From an uncultured Candidatus Saccharibacteria bacterium (GTDB lineage: Bacteria > Patescibacteriota > Saccharimonadia > Saccharimonadales > Saccharimonadaceae): a stretch of DNA of 64,000 nt. The translations under genes and the position numbers were made by a program. Within the stretch, counting starts at the first letter, position 1; each line of letters begins with the position of its first letter. Positions 16,326-26,416 of this stretch are shown piece after piece. Where the stretch lies: positions 578 through 64,577 of the forward strand of contig CAMMYO010000001.1 of the NCBI GenBank assembly GCA_946527885.1. The letters are read 5' to 3'. The notes under the pieces are model-generated. The model did not search any database. It was not told the DNA's origin and saw only the letters and a program-made list of their open reading frames with translations.

Positions 16326-16733
16326 ATGAACATCGTTAGAAAAATAAAAATCTCACGCGGCGACTTGGAGTGCATAAGAGACGACCTAGATGGCTACATT
16401 TGGATCATCTTTGATGCGCGTCGCGGTGTCATGGCTGCGGGAGATGATTATGTTATTTCGTTGAGGGATTCGTTGCTAACTCAGCAGCGCAGTATGCCCT
16501 GCGATTTGTACGGTATTGGCCTAGATTTGGAGACTGGCTCGTATCGGGATTTGCGCAGAGTTAATTACCTAAATAAAAATACGCAACCGAATGGCGAGAT
16601 TTCAGAAGCAAAACGCCGCCGCATCGACGACCTCGTATGCTACTTCTTCCAGAATTTGCCAGCCTATGATTGCTGCGGCAGCGACAATTACGAAAAGCGC
16701 GACGCCTATATTCGTTCTATGCGCGAGCTCTAG
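16326..16733 (+). CDS. hypothetical protein upstream of recA
   Basis: 135-aa ORF with an AAAGGAG Shine-Dalgarno. I recognise no motif. Confidence 0.5.
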   Translation: MNIVRKIKISRGDLECIRDDLDGYIWIIFDARRGVMAAGDDYVISLRDSLLTQQRSMPCDLYGIGLDLETGSYRDLRRVNYLNKNTQPNGEISEAKRRRIDDLVCYFFQNLPAYDCCGSDNYEKRDAYIRSMREL

Positions 16734-16782
16734 AAAAGCCGTCCCGCATAAGGTAAAATAAGATACAAACAAGGAGGAAAAA

Positions 16783-17835
16783 GTGGCTAAGAAAAATCAG
16801 GATGTGGTGGCTCCAGAAAAAGACAGTAAGAAAGATGCGGCTCAGGATGACGGTAAAAAGCAAGCTCTCAGCCTAGCACTTTCGCAAATTACGAAGCAAT
16901 TTGGCGACGGTTCGATTATGAAGCTTGGCGAGCAGTCCAAGATTGACGTGGAGTTGTTTTCGTCTGGCTCCCTAGCGCTCGATTTGGCGCTTGGTGGTGG
17001 CTATCCAAAAGGACGTATCATCGAAATCTTTGGGCCAGAATCGTCTGGTAAGACTACTTTGGCGCTTCATGCTATTGCTGAAATCCAGAAGCAGGGCGGA
17101 CAGGCTGCGTTCATTGATGCGGAGCATGCTCTCGATCCGGCATATGCGCGTAAAATCGGCGTCGATACCGGCAACTTGCTAATTTCGCAGCCAGATAACG
17201 GCGAGCAGGCACTCGAAATCTGCGAAACGCTTGTTCGTTCTGGTGCGGTCGATTTAATTATTGTCGACTCCGTCGCGGCTTTGGTGCCTCAGGCTGAAAT
17301 TGATGGCGATATGGGCGATGCTCAGATGGGTCTTCAGGCACGTTTGATGTCGCAGGCGATGCGTAAACTTACGGGTATCATCAGCAAGACGAAAGCTACG
17401 GTTATTTTCATTAACCAGATTCGCATGAAAATCGGTGTCATGTTTGGCAATCCGGAGACTACGACCGGCGGTAACGCTTTGAAGTTCTACGCTTCGGTTC
17501 GCATTGATATTCGCCGCATTGGCCAAATTAAAGACGGCGAGAATATTTCCGGTAACCGTACGAAGGTAAAGATTGTTAAGAACAAGATTGCGGCGCCATT
17601 CCGTACTGCTGAGTTTGACATTATGTATAACGAAGGCGTCAGCAAGACTGGCGACGTGCTCGATTTGGGCGTAAACTACGGCATCCTCGAAAAGGCTGGC
17701 GCGTTCATTAAATACAACGGCGAAACGCTAGGGCAGGGCCGCGAGGCGGTAAAGCGCCTATTTAAGGAAAAGCCTGAGCTTATGTCTGAGATTGAAGCAA
17801 AGGTGCGCGAGGCTGCTCAACAGAGCCAAATCTAA
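16783..17835 (+). CDS. recA: recombinase RecA
   Basis: GTG start after [20 protein letters not shown] Walker A. Full-length RecA core. Confidence 0.95.
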   Translation: MAKKNQDVVAPEKDSKKDAAQDDGKKQALSLALSQITKQFGDGSIMKLGEQSKIDVELFSSGSLALDLALGGGYPKGRIIEIFGPESSGKTTLALHAIAEIQKQGGQAAFIDAEHALDPAYARKIGVDTGNLLISQPDNGEQALEICETLVRSGAVDLIIVDSVAALVPQAEIDGDMGDAQMGLQARLMSQAMRKLTGIISKTKATVIFINQIRMKIGVMFGNPETTTGGNALKFYASVRIDIRRIGQIKDGENISGNRTKVKIVKNKIAAPFRTAEFDIMYNEGVSKTGDVLDLGVNYGILEKAGAFIKYNGETLGQGREAVKRLFKEKPELMSEIEAKVREAAQQSQI

Positions 17836-18578
17836 TGGCACTCGAAATCCATAACATTAACGAAGTTGATGAGTCTGCGCCGAAAACGCGGGCTCATCGT
17901 TTGACCGATATGCGCGAAGCAGTGCGTATTCAGAATCGCGTTAATCTTTACGTTGACAATAAATACTATTGCTCGTTGGATATTTCACAAGTAGTCGACT
18001 TTCATTTGAAAATCGGTCAAGCGCTGGATGATGAGTTGTTGGCGCGTTTAAAGAGCGCGTCAGATTTTGGAAGGCTTTACGCGCTTGCGCTTGAGTACTC
18101 GATACTGCGACCGCGCGCCGAAAAGGAGCTGCGCGATTATCTTCGCTGCAAAACTCTAGACAAAACAGTTCGGGTCAAGAATCGAAAAACCGGTGAATAT
18201 GTCACAAAAATACGTAAGGGCTACGACCAAAGCTTGATTCGGCCTGTTTTTGAGCGGCTAAAATCCCGAGGATATCTGGATGATGAGAAATTTGCTCGCA
18301 TTTGGGTCGAGAATCGCAACGTCAAAAAAGGTTCTAGTCTCAAGAAGATTCGGAACGAGCTGCTGCAAAAAGGCGTCGATTCTCGTACCATTGACAAGGT
18401 ATTGAGTGATGATATCCGCAATGATCGTGACGAATTGCGCAAGGTTATTGCGCGCAAACAAAATAAATATGACGACCGTCAAAAATTCATCCAGTATCTA
18501 TTGCGCCAAGGCTTTAATTACTCAGATGTCTTGGAAGAGCTGTCGGGAATTGAAGATTCATCTTCCTGGCCGGCATAA
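17835..18578 (+). CDS. recX: RecA regulator RecX
   Basis: The start overlaps the recA stop (TAATG). Three-helix repeat pattern and the conserved position after recA. Confidence 0.75.
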   Translation: MALEIHNINEVDESAPKTRAHRLTDMREAVRIQNRVNLYVDNKYYCSLDISQVVDFHLKIGQALDDELLARLKSASDFGRLYALALEYSILRPRAEKELRDYLRCKTLDKTVRVKNRKTGEYVTKIRKGYDQSLIRPVFERLKSRGYLDDEKFARIWVENRNVKKGSSLKKIRNELLQKGVDSRTIDKVLSDDIRNDRDELRKVIARKQNKYDDRQKFIQYLLRQGFNYSDVLEELSGIEDSSSWPA

Positions 18579-19147
18579 TTCGGCTTGCGGAATGGATTCA
18601 CGAAATTCGGAACGAACTCCTTGTCTTCATCGCGCTGATTATCAATCTTGATCTCTTCTTTATCATGGTCGATTGTGACTTTATAGTCGTCAATCTCGGT
18701 AATTTGCGAGCGATTAATCATAAGCTGCGGATCGACAAACGATTGCAAAACCGGTCGCTGCACAACTAGTTGATAGACAGAGAAAGTATTAGAGTCCAAA
18801 GTAAAGTCGACGATTTTGCCGAGCTTCTTTTTTTGCTTTGTTACGACCTTCAGGCCGAGAAGGCTGAAATTCAAATCGAGTGTTTCTTGAAGGCGAATTA
18901 CGTCTCGACTTGCAACGAAGACATCGGAGGAATCGACGATAAAGCCATCTTCGCTATATTCGCGAATATCCTCGACCATCAAAAAGTTGCCTACTTCCGG
19001 ATCGTCGACGATGCCGCCATTCAGCTCGAATGCGATAACGCTCAAATCTTCTGGGTTTACGACAGCGCGAATTGCACGGGTGATTTCTCCACCAACATGA
19101 ATGCTAAAAACAGGGAAATCGACCAGATTTGACGCTAGCACTAGCAT
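18518..19147 (-). CDS. PRC-barrel-like domain protein (two repeats)
   Basis: 209 aa. Repeats VFSIHVGGEITRAIRAVVNPEDLSVIAFEL and LKVVTKQKKKLGKIVDFTLDSNTFSVYQLVV. Its 3' end overlaps recX by 61 nt. Confidence 0.45.
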   Translation of the reverse strand: MLVLASNLVDFPVFSIHVGGEITRAIRAVVNPEDLSVIAFELNGGIVDDPEVGNFLMVEDIREYSEDGFIVDSSDVFVASRDVIRLQETLDLNFSLLGLKVVTKQKKKLGKIVDFTLDSNTFSVYQLVVQRPVLQSFVDPQLMINRSQITEIDDYKVTIDHDKEEIKIDNQRDEDKEFVPNFVNPFRKPNYAGQEDESSIPDSSSKTSE

Positions 19148-19175
19148 TTTTATTTATCCTCCTTCTATGGAATAA

Positions 19176-20015
19176 TTGTACCATATGAAGAAAATCTTGG
19201 CTGTATCTGGCGGCATCGACTCGATGGTCATGCTGCATCTTTTTCGCAACGACAAAGATGCGGTTGTGGCTCATTTCGATCATGGCATTAGGCGAGAATC
19301 GGCTGACGATTGTGCCTTTGTAGCTCGGATCGCGAAAGAATATGGCTGTCCGTTTTTCTCGAAACGAGCCGAGCTTGGTGAAACTTGCTCGGAAGAAAGC
19401 GCGCGCCAATCTCGCTACGCTTTTCTCAGGCAGCTCAGTGATGAGCTCGGCGGCAAAATCTATACCGCCCACCACATGAATGACGTAATTGAGACAATCG
19501 CGATTAACTTCTTGCGCGGTACCGGGTGGCGCGGGCTTGCGCCGTTTAGCGATATTAAGGTCGAGCGACCGCTGCTGGACTGGGAAAAATCTCGTATCTA
19601 TCAGTACGCTACGGAGAACCAGGTTCGCTTTCGCGCCGATTCCACTAATACCGACGACAAATATCTGCGCAATCGAATCCGCCATAAACTGGCCGAGACC
19701 GACGTGCCGAAAACCGAACTATTCAAATTATTTGAGAAGCAGAGAGAGCTTCGTCGAGAAATCGAGTCTCTTGAAACTGATATTATCGACAACCAGCGTC
19801 GTTTGGCGCGAGAATTATTTACTATTTGCGATGACGTTTGCGGAGCCGAACTGCTGCGCGAATTGTTGAATGCTTTTAATGTCAGTTTGACGCGTCCGCA
19901 ACTAGAGCGCGCGCTCGACGCCATCAGGAATTATTTGCCTAACAAACGCTTTAGTTTAGACGCGCGTCATTTTTTGCAAATTGACCGATATTACTTTACC
20001 GTAACAGAGGTATAA
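19176..20015 (+). CDS. tilS: tRNA(Ile)-lysidine synthetase, short form
   Basis: PP-loop SGGIDSMVMLHL. 279 aa, without the usual C-terminal domains. Confidence 0.85.
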   Translation: MYHMKKILAVSGGIDSMVMLHLFRNDKDAVVAHFDHGIRRESADDCAFVARIAKEYGCPFFSKRAELGETCSEESARQSRYAFLRQLSDELGGKIYTAHHMNDVIETIAINFLRGTGWRGLAPFSDIKVERPLLDWEKSRIYQYATENQVRFRADSTNTDDKYLRNRIRHKLAETDVPKTELFKLFEKQRELRREIESLETDIIDNQRRLARELFTICDDVCGAELLRELLNAFNVSLTRPQLERALDAIRNYLPNKRFSLDARHFLQIDRYYFTVTEV

Positions 20016-20052
20016 TTGCGCACCTTTCGCCTATATGCTATGATTAGAAGGC

Positions 20053-21252
20053 ATGAGATTTCGCAATATTCGTAAAAATCTCCCCGTACTAATTCTTGGA
20101 TTTATCATTCTTGGCCTATCTTTTTGTGCGATTTCGCAGAAATCTATTTTTGCCGAGGGTGTCGATTCTGGCGAGCTTTCCGAAGGCGAACATTTTGTCA
20201 CGATTCACAATGACGGCGAAGATGTGACGATTCGCACGAATGCTCAGACGGTAAGCGAAGTGCTCGAGCGCGCCGGCGTTCAATATGAAGCTGAAGATAT
20301 TATTGAGCCGTCGCTCGACGAAGATATTACGGAAACGGATTTCAATATCAATATTTACCATGCGCGCGATGTCATGGTAAAAGACGGCGCAGTTCGAAAA
20401 TATATCAGGACTGCCGCGTCTAATCCAGAAGAAATTATCAAGGCGGCCCAAATCGAAATCTTGCCGGCCGATATTATTGAAATCGTCGAACAGGATTCTT
20501 TTCTTGAAGCTGGCGCAACTAGCGCATATGAGCTAGTGCGTGCCAAAACTATTAACTTTACGCTTTATGGGCAGCAGCTTAGCGTGCGTAGCCAAGCCGA
20601 AACGATTGGTGACTTTCTGAAAGAGCAGAATATCGAGTCAGATCCAGAGGTGAACTGGATTTCGTTGGCGGAAGATACGCGCGTCTATGATGGCATCGAA
20701 TTCAAGGTCTATATGCAGGGCAAGCAGACTTTCTCGCAAGAAGAAGAAATTCCATTCACTGAGAAAACTACGCAGGACTTCGACATGCCTTCTGGCAAGT
20801 CGGAGATTACTAAGGCGGGGCAAAACGGTCGCAAGATGGTCACTTATGAAATTGAGCTCTACAATGGCGAAGAGATTTCGCGCCAGGTTATCTCTGAAAT
20901 CATTACGCAAGAGCCGGTTCAGCAAGAGCGCCGTGTTGGCATAAAGTCAACTTTACCGTCTGGCTCGCACGAAGATTGGATGGCGGCTGCTGGCATTTCG
21001 TCTTCGGACTACGGATACGTGGAGTATATAATATCTAGAGAATCTGGCTGGAGCCCTATGAAGTACAATTATGGTGGTAGTGGCGCTTATGGACTATGTC
21101 AGGCGCTTCCTGGGAGTAAAATGGCAAGTGCTGGATCTGATTGGAAAACAAACCCGATTACTCAGCTTCGATGGTGTAGTAGCTACGCAACTCGCAAGTA
21201 CGGTTCTTGGTCTGGCGCTTATAGGTTCTGGATTAATAATCACTGGTGGTAG
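20053..21252 (+). CDS. secreted cell-wall protein: DUF348 repeats, G5 domain and a lysozyme-like (IsaA/SceD/Rpf-type) C-terminal domain
   Basis: Signal anchor. G5-like GKSEITKAGQNGRKMVTYEIELYNGEE. C-terminal IISRESGWSPMKYNYGGSGAYGLCQALPGSKM. The yabE-ksgA-type synteny is present. Confidence 0.7.
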   Translation: MRFRNIRKNLPVLILGFIILGLSFCAISQKSIFAEGVDSGELSEGEHFVTIHNDGEDVTIRTNAQTVSEVLERAGVQYEAEDIIEPSLDEDITETDFNINIYHARDVMVKDGAVRKYIRTAASNPEEIIKAAQIEILPADIIEIVEQDSFLEAGATSAYELVRAKTINFTLYGQQLSVRSQAETIGDFLKEQNIESDPEVNWISLAEDTRVYDGIEFKVYMQGKQTFSQEEEIPFTEKTTQDFDMPSGKSEITKAGQNGRKMVTYEIELYNGEEISRQVISEIITQEPVQQERRVGIKSTLPSGSHEDWMAAAGISSSDYGYVEYIISRESGWSPMKYNYGGSGAYGLCQALPGSKMASAGSDWKTNPITQLRWCSSYATRKYGSWSGAYRFWINNHWW

Positions 21253-21253
21253 A

Positions 21254-22024
21254 ATGAAAAACCGCAAATCGCTTGGCCAAAACTGGCTCAAAGATCGTGA
21301 TATTTTGCTCGACATCGCCGATTCCGCTAGTGTAGAAGGCGCCGATGTTGTCTTAGAAATTGGCCCTGGTCTCGGCACACTTACATCGGCTCTGTTCAAG
21401 TTTTTTGATAAAGTTATCGCTGTTGAGTTGGATGATCGCCTAGCGGAAAATTTGCCAAAGTCGTTCCCGGGTAAAAATCTTCAGGTCGTGCATCAAAACG
21501 TACTCGACATAGATGTTAATTCTCTTGATCTGCCAGAAAAATATGTTGTAGCTGGAAATATCCCGTACTATATCACCTCGCCGATTATCCAAAAATTTCT
21601 CCATGTCGATCGCAAACCGGCAAAAATCGTGTTACTTATGCAGAAAGAGGTCGCGGACCGATTGGCGGCGGGACCTGGCGACTATTCGATTTTGGGCTTG
21701 TCGGCTCAAATCTATGCGAAAGTTACGGTTGGCAGTATTGTCGGGCGCGAATTCTTTACGCCGCCGCCAAAGGTCGATAGTCGCGTAGTGATTTTGGAGC
21801 CGTACGATACGCCACTCGCAAACGAATCCGTTATGGCACTGATTAAACTCGGCTTTATTTCTCCACGCAAAAAGTTAATCTCGAATTTGGCTGTCGGTCT
21901 AAGAATATCGCGCGAGCAAATTATGACCTACTTCGAAAAAATCGGCTTGTCTGAGAATAGTCGCCCGGCAGATTTGACTATCGCCCAGTGGGTAGAGCTT
22001 GAAAAACTTGTCCATAAGCATTAG
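21254..22024 (+). CDS. rsmA: 16S rRNA (adenine1518/1519-N6)-dimethyltransferase
   Basis: MKNRKSLGQNWLKD, EIGPGLGTLT, GNIPYYITSPI. The track ORF starts upstream inside the previous gene, so the start was moved to ATG 21254. Confidence 0.9.
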   Translation: MKNRKSLGQNWLKDRDILLDIADSASVEGADVVLEIGPGLGTLTSALFKFFDKVIAVELDDRLAENLPKSFPGKNLQVVHQNVLDIDVNSLDLPEKYVVAGNIPYYITSPIIQKFLHVDRKPAKIVLLMQKEVADRLAAGPGDYSILGLSAQIYAKVTVGSIVGREFFTPPPKVDSRVVILEPYDTPLANESVMALIKLGFISPRKKLISNLAVGLRISREQIMTYFEKIGLSENSRPADLTIAQWVELEKLVHKH

Positions 22025-22063
22025 ACTAAGCATAAGGATAATTAACTTTAAGCGGAGTTTTTA

Positions 22064-22909
22064 ATGGACTCAAATCCAAACCAAAACACTAGCCCAGCTG
22101 CGGATAACACTGTAAACTCCGCAAAGAGCTTTGATGATAAGCTTGATATGTCTGCAATTAATGATGTCGTTGCAATGAGTGGCAACGCTGATGACATGCA
22201 GAAGACTTTCGACGTAAATGAAATTAGTCTCGATAATACGCCAACAACCAACGCCGAGCTCGAGCAGCAACTAAGGGACGACCCGTCAATGAAGCTCTCT
22301 GGCGCAACGAAAGAAGAAGAGCCGAAGCAACCGGCAGAGGAATTCGATCCGCTCAAGTACGACCCAGTCAATAATGCAGTCACGCCAAAAATGCCAGAGT
22401 CGCCAAGCGCCGCTAGCTTTGTCGGTGGCGACATTGACGATGTGCAAAAAGAGGAATCCGCTCCGGCCGCAGCAGCTAATAGCGATACGACAGAAGCAGT
22501 TCTTGCGGCAGATCCTGTCATGCAAGAAGAACGCGAAAAAGCAAATGCTGTATCGATTGAAGACAATCCAAATATTCAATCTGATACGTCTGAAACTCCT
22601 TCAATCCAAGCGAAGCCTGCGGAAACTCCAGCCGAGCCGGCAACGCCAGCCCTAGAAGCGAATCCAGAGCTAGCTCAGCCAGTTCAACCAGCTCCGGCTC
22701 CTGCGCCAGAACCGGTTTCTGAACCTGCTCCAGCCCCAGCTCCAGCGCCGGCCCCAGCACCAGCACCAGCTCCAGCGCCGCGCAGCAGCCAGGTCAACAT
22801 GATGGTCGGCAAAAAGAAGAGCAACTTGCCAACAATTCTCCTTTATGTCCTAGCTACAATTGCAGTTTCTGCTGGCGCCATCGCAATCTTCTATTTCTTC
22901 GCCAAATAA
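22064..22909 (+). CDS. acidic, Pro/Ala-rich low-complexity protein with a single C-terminal TM helix
   Basis: 281 aa. (PA)n run, then KKKSNLPTILLYVLATIAVSAGAIAIFYFFAK at the extreme C-terminus. Confidence 0.6.
   Translation: MDSNPNQNTSPAADNTVNSAKSFDDKLDMSAINDVVAMSGNADDMQKTFDVNEISLDNTPTTNAELEQQLRDDPSMKLSGATKEEEPKQPAEEFDPLKYDPVNNAVTPKMPESPSAASFVGGDIDDVQKEESAPAAAANSDTTEAVLAADPVMQEEREKANAVSIEDNPNIQSDTSETPSIQAKPAETPAEPATPALEANPELAQPVQPAPAPAPEPVSEPAPAPAPAPAPAPAPAPAPRSSQVNMMVGKKKSNLPTILLYVLATIAVSAGAIAIFYFFAK
22724..22780 (+). repeat. coding (Pro-Ala)n microsatellite-like run
   Basis: 19 alternating CCN/GCN codons encoding PAPAPAPAPAPAPAPAPAP. Confidence 0.85.
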
Positions 22910-22922
22910 CATCGTTCAAAAC

Positions 22923-22948
22923 AGGGGTCGCATATCGACCTCTTTTTT
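22923..22948 (+). terminator. intrinsic terminator
   Basis: AGGGGTCG-catat-CGACCTCT, then a T-tract. Confidence 0.6.
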
Positions 22949-22962
22949 GTTACAATATCTGT

Positions 22963-24381
22963 ATGGAAAAAACATATATCACAACAGCTATTCCGTATGT
23001 CAATGGTAAACCGCACCTTGGTCATGCGATGGATTATTTGCTTGCGGATGTCCTGCGTCGATATATGATGATGCGAGGCAAAGATGTGCGCCTTCAGGCT
23101 GGCACCGACGAGCATGGTAGCAAGATTTTTAAAAAGGCTGCCGAATCGGGTGTTCCGGTCCAGCAATATGTTGATGAAAATTCGCGGAAATTCCAAGATT
23201 TCATTCACTCGCTCGACGTTGAGTATACGGACTTTGTCCGTACGACTGACGAAGATCATGAGCGCCGCTGTCAAGAAATCTGGAAGAAACTCTCCGATCA
23301 TATCTATAAAGATAGTTACGAGGGCTGGTATTGCGAAGGTTGCGAACGCTTCGTGACCGACAAAGAGCACGAAGAGAACGCTGGTATCTGCCCGGATCAC
23401 CAGAAGCCGTACCAAAAACTCAGCGAAGAGAACTACTACTTGCGTATCGCGGATTTCAAGGATGATATTCGTGAAGCGATTGAGTCGGATCGTCTCAAAA
23501 TCACGCCGACCTTCCGCAAGAAAGAATTTCTGAATCTCTTGGCCGACATGCCTGACGTCTCGATTTCGCGTCCGAAGGCTCAAGTTGAGTGGGGTGTTCC
23601 GGTTCCAGGCGACGAAGATCAGGTCATGTATGTCTGGATCGATGCGCTTTCGAATTACATCACAGTGCTCGGCTATCCAGAAAATGATATCGCTGATTCT
23701 TGGCCGGCCACTACTCAGATTATCGGCAAAGATATTTTGCGCTTCCATGCCGGAATTTGGCCAGCCATCCTGATGGGTCTTGGTCTAGAGTTACCGCGCA
23801 ATCTTCTCGCGCACGGCTTCATTAATGTTGACGGTCAAAAGATGTCCAAGAGTATCGGCAATGTGATTGCTCCAGAAGAAATCATCGAAAAGCACGGCCT
23901 CACGCCATTCCGTTACTACTTCTTGCGTCACGTCTCGACGACCGACGATGGCGACTTTACCTGGGATAAATATGAAGCGGCTTACAATGAGTTAGCTAAT
24001 GATCTCGGCAATCTCGTCCAGCGCCTCGCCACGCTTTGCGGCAAAAATAGTGTTACGGTCCAATATTCAGATAAAGCAGAAAAAGATTGGTCTGCCGATT
24101 TTGTAAAGCGCATGGATGCTTACGAATTCAATACTGCCTTCGATATTCTTTGGGAGCAAATCCAAGCCATCAACAAGGATCTTGAAGAGCAAAAGCCATG
24201 GTCGCTTGCTAAGACTGAGCCGGAAAAAGCTAAGGAAGTTCTCGGTCGCGAAGTTGAATGGCTTCTTGATATCTGTAATGATCTTAAAATCTTCCTTCCG
24301 GAGACTACGGAAAAGATCATCGAAATCTTTACCGCCGACGAAATCAAAGCTCCGGCAACTCCGCTCTTCCCGAAGAACTAA
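22963..24381 (+). CDS. metG: methionyl-tRNA synthetase (short form without C-terminal tRNA-binding domain)
   Basis: HLGHAMDY (HIGH) and KMSKSIGN (KMSKS). Preceded by TGtTACAAT plus 6 nt, with no Shine-Dalgarno. Confidence 0.95.
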   Translation: MEKTYITTAIPYVNGKPHLGHAMDYLLADVLRRYMMMRGKDVRLQAGTDEHGSKIFKKAAESGVPVQQYVDENSRKFQDFIHSLDVEYTDFVRTTDEDHERRCQEIWKKLSDHIYKDSYEGWYCEGCERFVTDKEHEENAGICPDHQKPYQKLSEENYYLRIADFKDDIREAIESDRLKITPTFRKKEFLNLLADMPDVSISRPKAQVEWGVPVPGDEDQVMYVWIDALSNYITVLGYPENDIADSWPATTQIIGKDILRFHAGIWPAILMGLGLELPRNLLAHGFINVDGQKMSKSIGNVIAPEEIIEKHGLTPFRYYFLRHVSTTDDGDFTWDKYEAAYNELANDLGNLVQRLATLCGKNSVTVQYSDKAEKDWSADFVKRMDAYEFNTAFDILWEQIQAINKDLEEQKPWSLAKTEPEKAKEVLGREVEWLLDICNDLKIFLPETTEKIIEIFTADEIKAPATPLFPKN

Positions 24382-24409
24382 AAATACCGCCCGCGAAGGG
24401 CGGTATTTT
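24380..24409. terminator. bidirectional intrinsic terminator
   Basis: AAAA-TACCGCCC-gcgaa-GGGCGGTA-TTTT between convergent metG and the LtaS-family gene. Confidence 0.75.
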
Positions 24410-24415
24410 GATGTT

Positions 24416-26323
24416 TTAATTATCGTGCCAATATTTCTTGCCACCAAGAATATCGTAGGTTAGCAGCTCGTAACTACGCATAAGCTCTGCATTGTCCTCG
24501 AATTCGCGACCGTCAACCCAAGTTTGCGCCAAGATCGGCTCAGCACTACAAACGTCGTCCAATAAGTAATAGCGCGAATTCTTTTGCCAGCCCAACTCAT
24601 TAAGCATCGTATTTATCATGCAGTTTGGCGATGTTGTCGGCAAATCATTATTTTTGAAGCCAGCATCATAGTTCGCGTAGAAGAAATAAGGAGTAATGCG
24701 TGACAAATCGCGTACCTCTTTTTCTTCGTGCTCATTGGTCAAGCTATACACGCCCGGAGAATGGTCGCCGTAGAAAAGTACGACCACCTTCTTTTCGAGC
24801 TGATCGAGCTCACTGATAAACTCTCCGAGATACTCGTCTGAACTATGGATAGTTTGCATATAGGTCTCAATTTCGCGTCGCTTAGACTCGTCGAGCTGAG
24901 TCGTATACTCGTTGTCGAGCAAGTTGAAGTTGTGCGTCTCGTAGTTTTCGTAATTGTATGGCGTGTGGTTCTGCATCGTGATTAGGCCGACAACTTGTTT
25001 GTCGCCGCCTTCGCGTAAAGTTTTCAAAACTTGCTGATAAGCAGAGCGATCGTTAATGTACTCGGAATTGCCGTCATGTTCGTCAAAATCCATTTCTAGC
25101 TCGGTAATAAACTCATCAAAGCCCTCATTCTTGAGCGCGATATTGCGCTTGTACATGCCGCCATTAAACGGATGAATCGCCGTGGTTGTATAACCTTCAT
25201 CTTTCAGCATGCTTGCAATGGAAGGCGTTTTCCCGCTTTTTGGAATTAAAGCTGTATATGGCACGGTATTTACCCAATAATTCGTCAGCCCAGTAAAGGT
25301 TTCAAACTCAATATTTGCGGTGCCACCACCATAGTCCAGCGTATACATCATGCCGCTCGGATATTGACTCTGAATGCGGTGCAAGTTTGGCGCCACTTCG
25401 CCGCCATCATGTGGGTAATAATCAGTAAAACTCTTCCCATTAAAACTAAAATCTGGATCAAAGAACGACTCGTTCAAGATAATTACGACGCTAACGTTTT
25501 GATCGCCAATCGCTGCGCGCTCGGTATTCTTTTCGCTCGCAATCTTGGTATATTTTTTCTCAATTTGCGAAATAATCGCCTCGTCGTATCCGTTCGGCTC
25601 TTCTAGCTGAAGTTTCTGTAGGTTGTACAAGAAGCCCAAAATAAAACCATTTTCATCGTAGTTGCGGTTCTGATTCCAAGCTGTAAAGCGCGTACCTAGA
25701 AAAATATCCTGATATCGCGAGCCGTCATTGTGGCGCGCAAAATCGCTCGCACGATAAAAACCGAGCATACCAATCACTAAAACCGCTAGACGGATACCTA
25801 AACAATATTTTTGCACAAAGTTACTTGCGCGCTTCGGCCGAGTCAAATGTAGGCGCCGCGCAAGCTTTTTATTAAAGAGAATGGTTAGCGTGATAACTAT
25901 CGCAATCGCCAACAGCAGTCGAACGATTGTCCAAATACTTACGAACTTTGATAGAGAATGCGCTTCGCTAGCTAGCTGAAAATCTTCCGGCAATAGCGGA
26001 GTGCCGCGCGAATTGTATTTCGCGATGTGAATGTAGCTCAAGATTGTTAGAAAGACCCAACTTGCGCCGACCGTTGTTCCGGCGGAGCCAACCAAGCCCC
26101 AGATCACGCAGAGTAATAGATACATTAGGAGTGAGTTAAAAAGAAAAGGGCGTGGATTGCTAAAGATAAAGTTCCACGTTCGCCACATGTCGTGGACGAA
26201 ATAGCGATATTCCAAAAACCAAGTCAAGAGAATAGCACCTACCATCAAAAACAGCAACGAGCAAATGCAATACTTTTGCCGATCAGTCAATTTCTGCCGC
26301 CATAAATGCTTAATTTTCTTCAT
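24416..26323 (-). CDS. LtaS-family sulfatase-fold phosphoglycerol/phosphoethanolamine transferase
   Basis: 635 aa. Five N-terminal TM helices and an extracellular sulfatase domain (ILNESFFDP, GGTANIEFETFTGL, MQNHTPY, FYGDHSPG). Confidence 0.75.
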   Translation of the reverse strand: MKKIKHLWRQKLTDRQKYCICSLLFLMVGAILLTWFLEYRYFVHDMWRTWNFIFSNPRPFLFNSLLMYLLLCVIWGLVGSAGTTVGASWVFLTILSYIHIAKYNSRGTPLLPEDFQLASEAHSLSKFVSIWTIVRLLLAIAIVITLTILFNKKLARRLHLTRPKRASNFVQKYCLGIRLAVLVIGMLGFYRASDFARHNDGSRYQDIFLGTRFTAWNQNRNYDENGFILGFLYNLQKLQLEEPNGYDEAIISQIEKKYTKIASEKNTERAAIGDQNVSVVIILNESFFDPDFSFNGKSFTDYYPHDGGEVAPNLHRIQSQYPSGMMYTLDYGGGTANIEFETFTGLTNYWVNTVPYTALIPKSGKTPSIASMLKDEGYTTTAIHPFNGGMYKRNIALKNEGFDEFITELEMDFDEHDGNSEYINDRSAYQQVLKTLREGGDKQVVGLITMQNHTPYNYENYETHNFNLLDNEYTTQLDESKRREIETYMQTIHSSDEYLGEFISELDQLEKKVVVLFYGDHSPGVYSLTNEHEEKEVRDLSRITPYFFYANYDAGFKNNDLPTTSPNCMINTMLNELGWQKNSRYYLLDDVCSAEPILAQTWVDGREFEDNAELMRSYELLTYDILGGKKYWHDN

Positions 26324-26416
26324 TTCTTCATTATATCATCTGTTGTTGGAGGCTGCTAGCGGGGTCAAACGAGCTTATGCTTGTGTAAAAATCGGTTCGA
26401 AAATATGCTCGTAAAT

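Noticed and set aside
22680-22790. Short tandem repeats considered as a possible CRISPR or other array (also 35220-35400 and 47460-47960)
   Set aside because: The repeats are in-frame coding low-complexity sequence, (PA)n or A/E/K-rich, with no repeat-spacer periodicity and no cas genes. I found no CRISPR array in the window.
22891-23748. 285-aa minus-strand ORF
   Set aside because: It is antisense to metG (HIGH and KMSKS motifs are present on the plus strand). It has no RBS and no recognisable domain, so it is a shadow ORF.
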